Below, one piece after another: positions 53,256 through 64,000 of a DNA stretch of 64,000 nt (within the stretch, counting starts at the first letter, position 1; every line of letters begins with the position of its first letter). The notes under the pieces are model-generated. The model saw only the letters and a program-made list of their open reading frames with translations, did not search any database and was not told the origin of the DNA. The translations under genes and the position numbers were made by a program. The stretch is from contig DATMYI010000064.1 of NCBI GenBank assembly GCA_035561035.1, positions 6,414-70,413 on the forward strand. Direction: 5' to 3'. Source of the DNA: Chlorobaculum sp. (GTDB lineage Bacteria; Bacteroidota; Chlorobiia; Chlorobiales; Chlorobiaceae).

Positions 53256-53455
53256 AAAGGGGCTTGCGGACTCTCGTGCGTCAAAGGCCTCCCTGTTGGC
53301 ATCATCTGTTTTTTTTGTAAATTACGCATTAGCGATTTTGATGGGCCGTCAGCCGGGCCCGCCCCGATCACAGGCTGAAGCATCCGTTTGTACTATCTGA
53401 CCTCCCCTTCAGGGGTGGTTGTCGTTTTTTTTCAAAAAAATTAAACCGTCTATCA

Positions 53456-55435
<1,980 letters not shown>

Positions 55436-55474
55436 CCTTCTCACGACTTACCGGTAACACTCGATTACCAACGC

Positions 55475-55506
55475 AAAGAGCGGCCATCCGGCCGCTCTTT
55501 CTTTTT
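55475..55506 (+). terminator. Intrinsic terminator after acs
   Basis: AAAGAGCGGCC-ATCC-GGCCGCTCTTT followed by CTTTTT. Confidence 0.8.
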
Positions 55507-55646
55507 CCAGGGTCATTCTGAGGCAACCCTGCCGCTTAAGCCGGAAACTGCGCTTCACAGCATTTTCATGCACTGGATTGAACACATTATGGCGTCCAAT
55601 GGTATGTATATGAATGAGATACAATGAAAACATACCGACAGACATC

Positions 55647-56138
55647 ATGAACACTTCAGTCAAACAATGGGCAACCCCGCTGATCATCGCTACTTTCATC
55701 ATTTCGGCCGTAACCGGTATCCTGATATTTTTCCACAAAGCGGATGGGCTCGTAAAACCGGTTCATGAATGGCTGAGCTGGGCTCTGGTTACGGGCGGAG
55801 TATTGCATACGGCGATACACTGGAAAAGTTTCAAGGCGTATTTCACCCGCAGGGCAGGGATAGCCATCATATCAACCGGGTTAATCATCACCCTGGCGTC
55901 CATAACGGTTCCCATGAAGGAGGGACCGGGGGGCAATCCGGCAGTTAAAATAAACAAGGCCCTCGCTTCTGTGCCGCTTGAAACCCTCGGCACCATCGTC
56001 AAGCTTACCCCTGAAGAAGCTGTTGGAAAGCTCGAAAAGAGCGGCCTCAAAGTCACCGGAGCAGGGCAAAGCGTCCGTGAAATAGCTGCCGCAAACGGCA
56101 AGAAAGAGAATCAGGTACTTGGCGCCCTGTTCGAATGA
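55647..56138 (+). CDS. Membrane protein, DUF4405-like
   Basis: Three TMs with SAVTGILIFFH...VHEWLS...LHTAIHWK histidine pattern. Confidence 0.7.
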   Translation: MNTSVKQWATPLIIATFIISAVTGILIFFHKADGLVKPVHEWLSWALVTGGVLHTAIHWKSFKAYFTRRAGIAIISTGLIITLASITVPMKEGPGGNPAVKINKALASVPLETLGTIVKLTPEEAVGKLEKSGLKVTGAGQSVREIAAANGKKENQVLGALFE

Positions 56139-56162
56139 CCGGTTTTCGCACTCGCTTCCGGC

Positions 56163-56642
56163 TCAGAAATTGAGCCGGAGGATCACGAAGTTCAGGAACG
56201 AGGCGAAGCTCACCCACAACAGATAGGGAACAAGACATAAGGCTGCAGGTCTGGAAACCTTTGCGAAAGCGACGATCGTCAAAACGATAAAGAGCCAGAG
56301 CACGAGAATCTCTGCAAAACCGGCCAACGGGGAGCGAAGTCCGAAAAAAGAGGCCGACCATCCCAGATTCAGAAAAAGTTGGGCACCGAACAGAAACACT
56401 CCCTTCCGGACCTCTTTTTTGTCCCTGCCCTTTTCAAGCACAAGGGAGAGAGAGACCCCCATCAGTATGAACAGTACCGTCCATACCGGAGGAAAAAGCC
56501 AGTTGGGCGGATTCCAGGGCGGTTTGATCAGGCTCGTATAGTACCATGACCCCTCGACAGGGGTAAAGAGGCTCCCTGCAAAAGCGAAAAGCAGGCAGAT
56601 GTTGATACATATTGCTATCGAAATGATTCTGTTGTTCTTCAT
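56163..56642 (-). CDS. tspO: TspO/CrtK tryptophan-rich sensory protein
   Basis: WY..LIKPPWNPPNWLFPPVW, QLFLNLGWSASFFG, LVPYLLWVSFASFLN. Confidence 0.93.
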   Translation of the reverse strand: MKNNRIISIAICINICLLFAFAGSLFTPVEGSWYYTSLIKPPWNPPNWLFPPVWTVLFILMGVSLSLVLEKGRDKKEVRKGVFLFGAQLFLNLGWSASFFGLRSPLAGFAEILVLWLFIVLTIVAFAKVSRPAALCLVPYLLWVSFASFLNFVILRLNF

Positions 56643-56929
56643 TCCAAATGGTTGTTTATCCGGAAACTCCCTTCCGGCGCAATTGACAAAAACCTGGCAC
56701 CGCCCCTCTCATCTCGAATAATGTTCGATTTTCAGGCCGGCAACAGGTAATCCCACGGGCTACCTGTTCTATAACGCTATAGTATGCAGATAATTCCTGT
56801 TGCCTCTGAAACTCGGGGTTATTCTGCATACGAATTTCTCTACACGGGATTTATCAGGGTTGCTCCGGTTCTGAACAGAGCAAATGATATATTGCAGGCA
56901 ATTTGACCATCATTCCTGTTCCAACCGTT

Positions 56930-57733
56930 ATGAGCAAAGAACTTCAGACCGCCGTCACAGCCGCGCAAAGGGCAGGCGCAATAACCCTCGACAGGTTCGG
57001 AGACCTCTCAAGATGCGAAATCGTCGCCAAAGAGCCCAGGGACTTCGTCACCGGAGTCGACCGGCAATGCGAGGCCGCGATCGCCTCGGTCATCAGGGAA
57101 AGTTTTCCCTGTGACGGCCTGCTCTGCGAAGAGGGCACGACGGGCGACGGAACCTCAGGAAGAACCTGGATCGTCGATCCACTCGACGGTACGCTCAACT
57201 TCATCCACTCATTCCCGGTATTCGCCATCAGCATCGCCCTGCGTGACTCCGAAGGGGAACTGGTTACCGCCGTGGTCTACCAGCCGATACTCGGGGAGCT
57301 CTTCACCGCCGAAAAGGGCAAAGGGGCGTTCCTGAACGGAAAACCCATCAGAGTGACCGACCGCGAGTCAAAAGAGAGCTTCATGATCGCGACCGGCCTG
57401 CCCTTCAGGGAGTACGACGATTACATGGACCGTTACATCGCGATGATGAGAGACGTAATCCGTGATTCAGCCGGCATCAGGCGGGCGGGATCAGCGGCCA
57501 TCGACCTCGCCTATACGGCCGCAGGACGGTTCGACGGATTCTGGGAGTACCGTCTCTACCCCTGGGACTTCGCGGCGGGGGTGCTCCTGGTTCGCGAAGC
57601 AGGCGGCATCGTCACCGGATTCGACGGACGCAGCGACGTCTTCAGCCATCACAGCATCCTTGCCGGCAGCGCCGTCACCCACTCGATGCTCCTTGAAAAG
57701 GCGATACGCCATTTCGGTACCGGGCACTCCTGA
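56930..57733 (+). CDS. suhB: Inositol monophosphatase family protein
   Basis: DFVTGVD, EE, WIVDPLDGTLNF, RRAGSAAIDL, PWDFAAG. Confidence 0.9.
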   Translation: MSKELQTAVTAAQRAGAITLDRFGDLSRCEIVAKEPRDFVTGVDRQCEAAIASVIRESFPCDGLLCEEGTTGDGTSGRTWIVDPLDGTLNFIHSFPVFAISIALRDSEGELVTAVVYQPILGELFTAEKGKGAFLNGKPIRVTDRESKESFMIATGLPFREYDDYMDRYIAMMRDVIRDSAGIRRAGSAAIDLAYTAAGRFDGFWEYRLYPWDFAAGVLLVREAGGIVTGFDGRSDVFSHHSILAGSAVTHSMLLEKAIRHFGTGHS

Positions 57734-57804
57734 ACGGGCAAAATTTGAAGAGTTTTTAACACTTTCGTATCTTCCACATTTTACCATTGAAAGGACCGCC
57801 ATTC

Positions 57805-59208
57805 ATGCTCATTCATCAGCGCACCCTCCAGAACGAGATATCCCTCACCGGCACCGGGCTCCATACCGGCCGGGAGTGTACGATCACGTTCAAGCCTGCT
57901 CCTGCCAACTACGGCTACACCTTCGTCAGAAACGATATTGACGACTGCCCGGAAATCCCGGCACTCATCGATCACGTTGTCGATGTCCTCAGAGGCACCA
58001 CCATCGGCATCGGCGAGGTCAAGGTACACACGACGGAACATGTCCTTGCGGCTCTTTATGGTCTCCAGATCGACAACTGCCGGATTGAGCTCAGCGGGCC
58101 CGAACCACCGGTCATGGACGGCAGCGCACGCCCGTTCGCTGACGCCATCCTCTCGGCAGGCATCGCCGAGCAGGAGGAGCCCAAGAACTACCTCGTCATC
58201 GACGAAACCATAGAATTCCACAATGCCGAATGCGGCGTCGACATCGTGGCCCTTCCGCTCGACGGCTTCAGGACGACGGTGATGGTCGATTACAAGAATC
58301 CGGCGCTCGGCTCCCAGCACTCGGGACTTTTCGACCTCAATACCGAATTCCTCAAGGACTTCGCCCCCACCCGCACCTTCTGCTTCCTGAGCGAAGTCGA
58401 AGCCCTCGCCAACCAGGGGATCATCAAGGGCGCCAACGTCGACAACGCGATCGTTATCGTTGACAAAGAGCTCAACCAGCAGCAGATCGAGAGCCTCGCA
58501 GACAAAATCGGTGTGGACAGCTCGCATCTGGTACTCGGCCAGAACGGCATCCTCAACAACCGTGAACTGCGGTTCCCGAACGAACCCGCACGTCACAAGC
58601 TCCTCGACCTGCTCGGCGACCTCGCCCTTCTGGGCATGCCTGTAAAGGCCCAGGTTTTAGCTGCACGTCCGGGTCACGCATCAAACGTCGAGTTCGTCAA
58701 ACAGCTCAAGAAGTATGCGGATCGCAACAAACTGGCCCGCCAGTTCCAGCATGAGAAAAAGGCCGGAGTGATTTTCGACATCAACGCCATCCAGAACATT
58801 CTGCCCCACCGGTACCCGTTCCTCCTGATCGACAAGATCGTCGAATTCAATCTCGACGAAAAGATCGTATCGATCAAGAACGTCACGATGAACGAGCCCT
58901 TCTTCCAGGGCCACTTCCCCGGAAACCCTGTGATGCCCGGTGTACTCATCATCGAAGCCATGGCCCAGACCGGCGGCATCATGATGCTCAACGGAAACGA
59001 AAACATCAAGGACTCCGTAGTGTTCTTCATGGGCATCGACAAGGCACGGTTCCGCAAGCCGGTGTTGCCCGGAGACACGCTCGTCATCGAGGCCATCATG
59101 ACCAACAAACGCAGAACCGTCTGCCAGTTCGACGCAAAAGCCTATGTGAGGGGCGAGCTGGTCTGCGAAGCCTCGCTCATGGCAACGGTCATGACCAAAA
59201 AAGGCTGA
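57805..59208 (+). CDS. lpxC-fabZ: Bifunctional UDP-3-O-acyl-GlcNAc deacetylase / 3-hydroxyacyl-ACP dehydratase
   Basis: QRTL...GTGLHTG, TTEHVLAAL, HKLLDLLGD; then LPHRYPFLLID, FFQGHFPGNPVMPGVLIIEAMAQ. Confidence 0.96.
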   Translation: MLIHQRTLQNEISLTGTGLHTGRECTITFKPAPANYGYTFVRNDIDDCPEIPALIDHVVDVLRGTTIGIGEVKVHTTEHVLAALYGLQIDNCRIELSGPEPPVMDGSARPFADAILSAGIAEQEEPKNYLVIDETIEFHNAECGVDIVALPLDGFRTTVMVDYKNPALGSQHSGLFDLNTEFLKDFAPTRTFCFLSEVEALANQGIIKGANVDNAIVIVDKELNQQQIESLADKIGVDSSHLVLGQNGILNNRELRFPNEPARHKLLDLLGDLALLGMPVKAQVLAARPGHASNVEFVKQLKKYADRNKLARQFQHEKKAGVIFDINAIQNILPHRYPFLLIDKIVEFNLDEKIVSIKNVTMNEPFFQGHFPGNPVMPGVLIIEAMAQTGGIMMLNGNENIKDSVVFFMGIDKARFRKPVLPGDTLVIEAIMTNKRRTVCQFDAKAYVRGELVCEASLMATVMTKKG

Positions 59209-59227
59209 AATACCAGAGCACGAAACA

Positions 59228-59266
59228 GAAACAACAAGCCCCGGGATCACCGGGGTTTTTTGTTTC
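59228..59266 (+). terminator. Intrinsic terminator after lpxC-fabZ
   Basis: AAGCCCCGG-GATCA-CCGGGGTTTTTTGTTT. Confidence 0.8.
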
Positions 59267-59274
59267 TCCTCTCC

Positions 59275-59463
59275 TTTTCCACACCTTGCCAACACCCCTG
59301 CCAACAGATTGTCAACAAGTTGTCAACATTTTCAACCCCCGGAAACCGGTATTCAAGAAAACCACTAACCAATTATACTACAAGCACTTATAGATACGTA
59401 TATGTCGACGTAGTCTTAACTTGTGTACACTAATCAATATTCAGTGCGTTAATGTGTGGACAA
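59275..59463. promoter_or_regulatory. Cluster of DnaA-box-like 9-mers flanking an AT-rich stretch
   Basis: TTTTCCACA 59275, TTGCCAACA 59286, CTGCCAACA 59298, TTGTCAACA 59309 and 59320, TTTTCAACC 59329; reverse TTGTCCACA at 59455-59463. Confidence 0.55.
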
Positions 59464-59530
59464 GCAGATGAAACAAGGCGCAGCAGCTTTGAGGCGTTTG
59501 AGAGGGCAGTGAGGAGAACGCCACTCCTGC

Positions 59531-60127
59531 TCAGCTTTTGCTTTCGAATTCCTTGCGGATGCGCGAGAACCTGACGCAGTATTCGACGAACGAGTAGAGA
59601 AGCGTAGCGGATGAGAGATACATGAAAAAGTCCTTGACCGGCCAGCGGTCGAACAGCGGATGGGGCCAAACCATGGTGATGAACATCATCGAAACGAATC
59701 CTACGGCCCATTTACCGGGCCACAGCGACGTGGTCAGGACGTTGTGGCGATGACGGATCCAGGCAGCACCCAGAAAAATAAGCAGATCGCGGAGCACGAC
59801 AAAGGCCACGAACCAGAGCGGCAACTCCCCTTTCCAGAGAAAATAGATCGCGACGCTGGCCAGGCAAAGCTTGTCGGCCAGAGGGTCAAGAATTTTCCCC
59901 ATGTCCGAAACCTCGTTGGTCCATCTGGCCGTCTGCCCGTCGAACCAGTCCGACAAAAGTGCGACGATCATGATGACCAGAGCCCCTGTCGATTCTCCGG
60001 TATGAAGACAGTAGATGAACCCCGGTATGAGCAGAATCCTCAGAAAACTCAGAAAATTCGGGATATTGACGATGTGTCCCTGCACGTTTCGTATGGTTTT
60101 GTTCCGGGAGAATCCTTTCCTCATCAA
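59531..60127 (-). CDS. CDP-alcohol phosphatidyltransferase (PgsA-like)
   Basis: NIPNFLSFLR, SDWFDGQTAR...MGKILDPLADK; true start probably a few codons inside the ORF. Confidence 0.9.
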   Translation of the reverse strand: MMRKGFSRNKTIRNVQGHIVNIPNFLSFLRILLIPGFIYCLHTGESTGALVIMIVALLSDWFDGQTARWTNEVSDMGKILDPLADKLCLASVAIYFLWKGELPLWFVAFVVLRDLLIFLGAAWIRHRHNVLTTSLWPGKWAVGFVSMMFITMVWPHPLFDRWPVKDFFMYLSSATLLYSFVEYCVRFSRIRKEFESKS

Positions 60128-60187
60128 AGTCAGCGGCGATCGTCAACAACCGCGGTCAAAACTTTCCTGCCGACAGGAAACCATCGA

Positions 60188-60757
60188 TCAGGCAACAAGC
60201 TCCGGATGATCGTCGACAAAGGTCGACCACCCTTTCTTGCTGCTGTTCCGGCCTCTGCGCATCATCGCATCCTGTACGAACCCGCCCCCTGCGCCTCTCG
60301 AAAAATCGCAATACGCGATACCGAGGGCATCGGTAACATCGAGGGGCCGGGCTTCGTCACCGAGTTCCAGCAGCCTGGAGAGCATCTCGGCAACCTGTTC
60401 CTTGCAGGCCGAACCGCTGCCGGTAACCGAAAGCTTGACCTCCCTCGGCGCATATTCACGCACCGGGACCCCGCTTCTCATGACGGTAGCGAGCACCGCC
60501 CCCCTGACCTGCCCCAATATAAGCGCACTCCTGACATTTCGTCCGACGAACGCCGTTTCGATCGCGACGCAGTCGGGCTTCATGAGCATCATGACCTCTT
60601 CGATACCGATACAGATCTGCAAAATCCTTTCGTTCAGGGATTTCAGACCGTCGACCCGGATGAGTCCGGACCCAAGGACCGACAACCCCTTCTCTCCCAG
60701 GCCTATGACGCCATAGCCGGTTTTCCGGCTTCCCGGATCGACGCCCATGACTATCAT
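60188..60757 (-). CDS. ruvC: Crossover junction endodeoxyribonuclease RuvC
   Basis: [40 protein letters not shown]. Confidence 0.95.
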   Translation of the reverse strand: MIVMGVDPGSRKTGYGVIGLGEKGLSVLGSGLIRVDGLKSLNERILQICIGIEEVMMLMKPDCVAIETAFVGRNVRSALILGQVRGAVLATVMRSGVPVREYAPREVKLSVTGSGSACKEQVAEMLSRLLELGDEARPLDVTDALGIAYCDFSRGAGGGFVQDAMMRRGRNSSKKGWSTFVDDHPELVA

Positions 60758-60760
60758 GCG

Positions 60761-61513
60761 TCAGTCTTCAAGGCTTTCCATCGCATTCTCGCTTATCTCC
60801 ATATTGCTGTAGACCACCTGGGTATCATCATTGCTTTCAAGAGCATCAATCAGCTTGATCGCCTTGCGGGCGTCATCACCGTCGAGTTCGACATAGGTAT
60901 CGGGCAACAGGTCGATCTTGGCGTTCTCATACGCGATACCTGCCGTTTCAAGAGCCTTCTTGACCGATTCGAGCTCCCTGACGTCGGTCAGCACCGTGTA
61001 ATACTCTTCGTCGTCGGCCTCCAGCTCTTCAAGCCCCGCATCGAGAAGCAGTTCGAGAAGCTGGTCTTCGGAAGCTGCTGATTTGGAGACGTCGACGGAA
61101 CCTTTGCGCTGGAACATCCACGAGACGCTGCCGCTCTCGCCCAGCGAACCTCCGTTCCTGCTCATCATGTGCCGTATGTCGGCCACGGTCCTGTTCCTGT
61201 TGTCGGTCGCCGTCTCGATGATGATGGCTATGCCGCCCGGGCCGTAACCCTCGTAGGTTATCTCCTCGTACGTCGCCCCTTCAAGCTCTCCCGTACCCTT
61301 CTTGATGGCGCGCTGGATGTTGTCCATCGGCATCGAGTTGGCTCTGGCCGTGTCGACGGCAAGTCGCAGCCGCGGATTGCCGTTAACATCGCCGCCGCCC
61401 ATTTTGGCGGCTATGGTGATCTCCTTGACGAGCTTGGTGAACAGATTTCCTCTCTTCTGATCAGTGGCGGCCTTCTTTCGCTTGATGGTCGCCCATTTAC
61501 TGTGTCCTGACAT
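60761..61513 (-). CDS. yebC: YebC/PmpR family protein
   Basis: [29 protein letters not shown]. Confidence 0.95.
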   Translation of the reverse strand: MSGHSKWATIKRKKAATDQKRGNLFTKLVKEITIAAKMGGGDVNGNPRLRLAVDTARANSMPMDNIQRAIKKGTGELEGATYEEITYEGYGPGGIAIIIETATDNRNRTVADIRHMMSRNGGSLGESGSVSWMFQRKGSVDVSKSAASEDQLLELLLDAGLEELEADDEEYYTVLTDVRELESVKKALETAGIAYENAKIDLLPDTYVELDGDDARKAIKLIDALESNDDTQVVYSNMEISENAMESLED

Positions 61514-61636
61514 AAGTTACAACCAGATGTTTGATAGTATTCCGGAAATGACGCGTTTATGAGAAAAGATTTATTTTCTTTAAGTAAAGAAAACTCATTG
61601 CGTGGGTAGCGGTAAAGTTAATCACAAGAACAAAGA

Positions 61637-62479
61637 ATGACAAACTGGTTGATCGCTTATCAGGGTGAACCCGGCGCATACAGCGAAATAGCAGCCCTCA
61701 GGTTCGGGGAACCGCAGCCTTTCGAGAGCTTCGACGACGTTTTCACCGCCGTGACCGACAAAAAGGCTGACTACGCGGTGATACCGATCGAAAATTCCCT
61801 CGGAGGAAGCATCCATCAGAATTACGACCTGCTGCTGCGCAGGCAGGTGGTCATCCTTGCCGAAACCTTCGTCAAGGTCGAACACTGCCTTCTGGGTCTG
61901 CCGGGATCGTCGATCGACAAGGCCGGCAAGGTGCTCTCGCACCCCCAGGCCCTCGCGCAGTGCCACAACTTCATCACCGAACATCCCCACATCAGGGCCG
62001 AAGCGGCCTACGATACGGCCGGCAGCGCCAAGATCGTCGCCGCAGGCGGAGATCCCTCCGTTCTGGCGATCGCTTCGAAAAGGGCCGGCGAACTCTACGG
62101 GCTCGATATCCTCCAGGAGGAGCTGGCCGACGAGGAGTGGAACATCACCCGATTCTTCTGCATCGCACGCCAGGACAACCCCGACGTGTCGCACCTCAGG
62201 AACCAGCCTGACTCGAGCCAGCCGAAAACCTCGATCGTCTTTTCGCTGCCGAACGAGCAGGGATCGCTTTTCAAGGCCCTGGCGACGCTGGCCCTTCGGG
62301 GAATCGACCTGACCAAGATCGAGTCGCGCCCGTCCAAGAAGAAAGCCTTCGAATACCTGTTTTATGCCGACTTCATCGGCCACAGCAGTGACCCCAACAT
62401 CCACAACGCACTCGAACACCTGAGGGAGTTCGCCCCCATGATCAAGGTGCTCGGCAGCTATGGCGTAGTGAATTCATGA
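61637..62479 (+). CDS. pheA: Prephenate dehydratase
   Basis: AYQGEPGAYSE, PIENS, SHPQALAQC, NITRF, LTKIESRP. Confidence 0.94.
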   Translation: MTNWLIAYQGEPGAYSEIAALRFGEPQPFESFDDVFTAVTDKKADYAVIPIENSLGGSIHQNYDLLLRRQVVILAETFVKVEHCLLGLPGSSIDKAGKVLSHPQALAQCHNFITEHPHIRAEAAYDTAGSAKIVAAGGDPSVLAIASKRAGELYGLDILQEELADEEWNITRFFCIARQDNPDVSHLRNQPDSSQPKTSIVFSLPNEQGSLFKALATLALRGIDLTKIESRPSKKKAFEYLFYADFIGHSSDPNIHNALEHLREFAPMIKVLGSYGVVNS

Positions 62480-64000
62480 CCGCCACCAACCAGATCGACC
62501 TTTTCGGGACCCAACCCGTTGCGCCCTTTCCCGCCGCAGCTGCCGAACCCGGCGCGAAGCCGGAAGTCGCCGTCCATGCCGGGGATGAACCGAAACCGGG
62601 ACTCTACCTGCTCGACGGCATGGCATTGGTCTACCGGGCCTTCTTCGCGCTCCAGCAGGCCAGGATGGCCACAAGGGATGGCGTGCCGACCGGCGCAGTA
62701 TTCGGCTTCGTCTCCAGCCTGCTCAGACTGATGGAGGATTACCATCCCCATTATATCGCCGTGACCTTCGACAGCCGCGAAAAGACCTTCCGCCATGACC
62801 TGTACGAGCCCTACAAAGCCAACCGTCCGGCCCCGCCCGACGACCTGGTCAGCCAGCTCGAAAACATAAGGGAACTGATCCGCGCATTCGGCATCCCTGT
62901 GGTCATCATGCCTGGTTTCGAAGCCGACGACCTCATCGGAACCGCCGCGCGGAAGTTCGGGGAGAGTTGCCGGATATTCATCGTCACGCCGGACAAGGAC
63001 ATGGCGCAGCTGGTGGGCGACGGCGTGCGGATCCTGAAACCCGGCAGAAAACAGACCGATTTCGAGCTCATGGGCAGCGCCGAGGTGACCCGGCAGTTCG
63101 GCGTGCCCCCGGAACAGTTCATCGACCTGCTGACGCTGACCGGGGACACCTCCGACAACATTCCCGGCGCAAAGGGAATCGGCCCGAAAACCGCGACGGG
63201 CCTGCTCGAGAAATATGGCTCGCTGGAAGGCATCTACGCCCATCTCGAGGAGATCTCTCCCAGGAGCCGCCAGAGCCTCGAAGAGTTCAGGGAGATGATG
63301 CCCCTTTCGAGGGAGCTGGTCACGATCAGGACCGACCTCGACCTGCCGCTCACGCTCGAGCAGCTGCACTGCGGCAAGCCCGACCCGGAAGCGCTGTTCG
63401 CCCTCCTCGGCAGGCTCGAACTCCGGAGCGTCGCCGCCAGGGTGCCGGCGATCCTTGGAATCGCACCTTCTGCCGTCACCGCGCCGGAGCCCTTCGCTGC
63501 TTCATCCAGCCCGGAGGAGCCGCCGCTCGTTCCTGCAGGCGAGGGGGCGACATACACCCTGATCGACAGCAAGGAGGCCTTCGACCGACTCATCGACAGG
63601 CTCGAACGCTCCACCGGCTTTGCGGTCGACACGGAGACCACCAGCCTCGACACCTTCGAGGCCGATCTTGCGGGTATCTCGTTCGCCATCGACCCCGACG
63701 AAGCGTTTTTCGTCTATTTCGGCAAAACGGGGCTCAATGCCGAATCTTCAGTCGCCCGGCTGAAGCCGCTGCTCGAAAACCCGGCGCTGCCCAAAACGGG
63801 GCAGAACCTGAAATACGACATCCTCGTCCTGAAAAAGTACGGCGTCGAACTCTCCCCGGTCGGCTTCGACACCATGCTCGCCAGCTACGTGCTCGACCCC
63901 GAGGGCAGGCACAACCTCGACGACCTTGCCGCCCGGCACCTCGGACGCCAGACCACCAAATTCACCGAGCTCGTGGGCGAAGGGAAAACCGCCGTCCATA
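62476..64000 (+). CDS. polA: DNA polymerase I, 5' part (runs off window end)
   Basis: Manual translation from ATG 62476 (overlapping the pheA stop): LYLLDGMALVYRAFFA, YKANR, GFEADD, PDKD, GDTSDNIPGAKGIGPKTA, then exonuclease FAVDTETTSLD and GQNLKYD. Confidence 0.95.
   Translation, partial: MTATNQIDLFGTQPVAPFPAAAAEPGAKPEVAVHAGDEPKPGLYLLDGMALVYRAFFALQQARMATRDGVPTGAVFGFVSSLLRLMEDYHPHYIAVTFDSREKTFRHDLYEPYKANRPAPPDDLVSQLENIRELIRAFGIPVVIMPGFEADDLIGTAARKFGESCRIFIVTPDKDMAQLVGDGVRILKPGRKQTDFELMGSAEVTRQFGVPPEQFIDLLTLTGDTSDNIPGAKGIGPKTATGLLEKYGSLEGIYAHLEEISPRSRQSLEEFREMMPLSRELVTIRTDLDLPLTLEQLHCGKPDPEALFALLGRLELRSVAARVPAILGIAPSAVTAPEPFAASSSPEEPPLVPAGEGATYTLIDSKEAFDRLIDRLERSTGFAVDTETTSLDTFEADLAGISFAIDPDEAFFVYFGKTGLNAESSVARLKPLLENPALPKTGQNLKYDILVLKKYGVELSPVGFDTMLASYVLDPEGRHNLDDLAARHLGRQTTKFTELVGEGKTAVH

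Noticed and set aside
57805-59208. LpxC-FabZ fusion as a novelty
   Set aside because: It is the normal arrangement in Bacteroidota/Chlorobiota

Overview
Chromosomal segment of a green sulfur bacterium (Chlorobiaceae), as shown by pscC (the P840 reaction-centre cytochrome), nifJ/PFOR, ppc and fused lpxC-fabZ. Most of the window is housekeeping: rlmB, nifJ, ruvB, a peptide ABC transporter, hprK, hpf, xerC-like, queF, pscC, ppc, comM-like, sppA, rsmI, panC, pnp, leuS, acs, tspO, suhB, lpxC-fabZ, ruvC, yebC, pheA and polA. The first 18 kb is more accessory. It holds a sigma54-controlled TolC-USP-EmrA-EmrB efflux operon with its divergent enhancer-binding protein, an iorAB-paaK-ACT-aminotransferase operon, and a small island (DUF5671-like pair, exported TPR protein, lone GH24 lysozyme, DUF2971-like protein, four-helix-bundle protein). 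The most unusual signal is eight short intergenic arrays of a 9-bp unit (AARGGACNN, about 4 copies each) in both orientations. Five of them surround the four-helix-bundle (23S-IVP/Avd-like) gene, and the outer pair forms a 29/30-nt inverted repeat. Other notable items: a phased cluster of DnaA-box-like 9-mers between convergent genes at 59.3-59.5 kb, tandem O-GlcNAc-transferase paralogues with 14 vs 7 TPRs, a duplicated promoter shared by the TPR and lysozyme genes, and a clamp-binding-like QIDLF motif at the PolA N-terminus. No rRNA, tRNA, CRISPR array or transposase was seen. All family calls come from motif recognition by eye; no searches were run.
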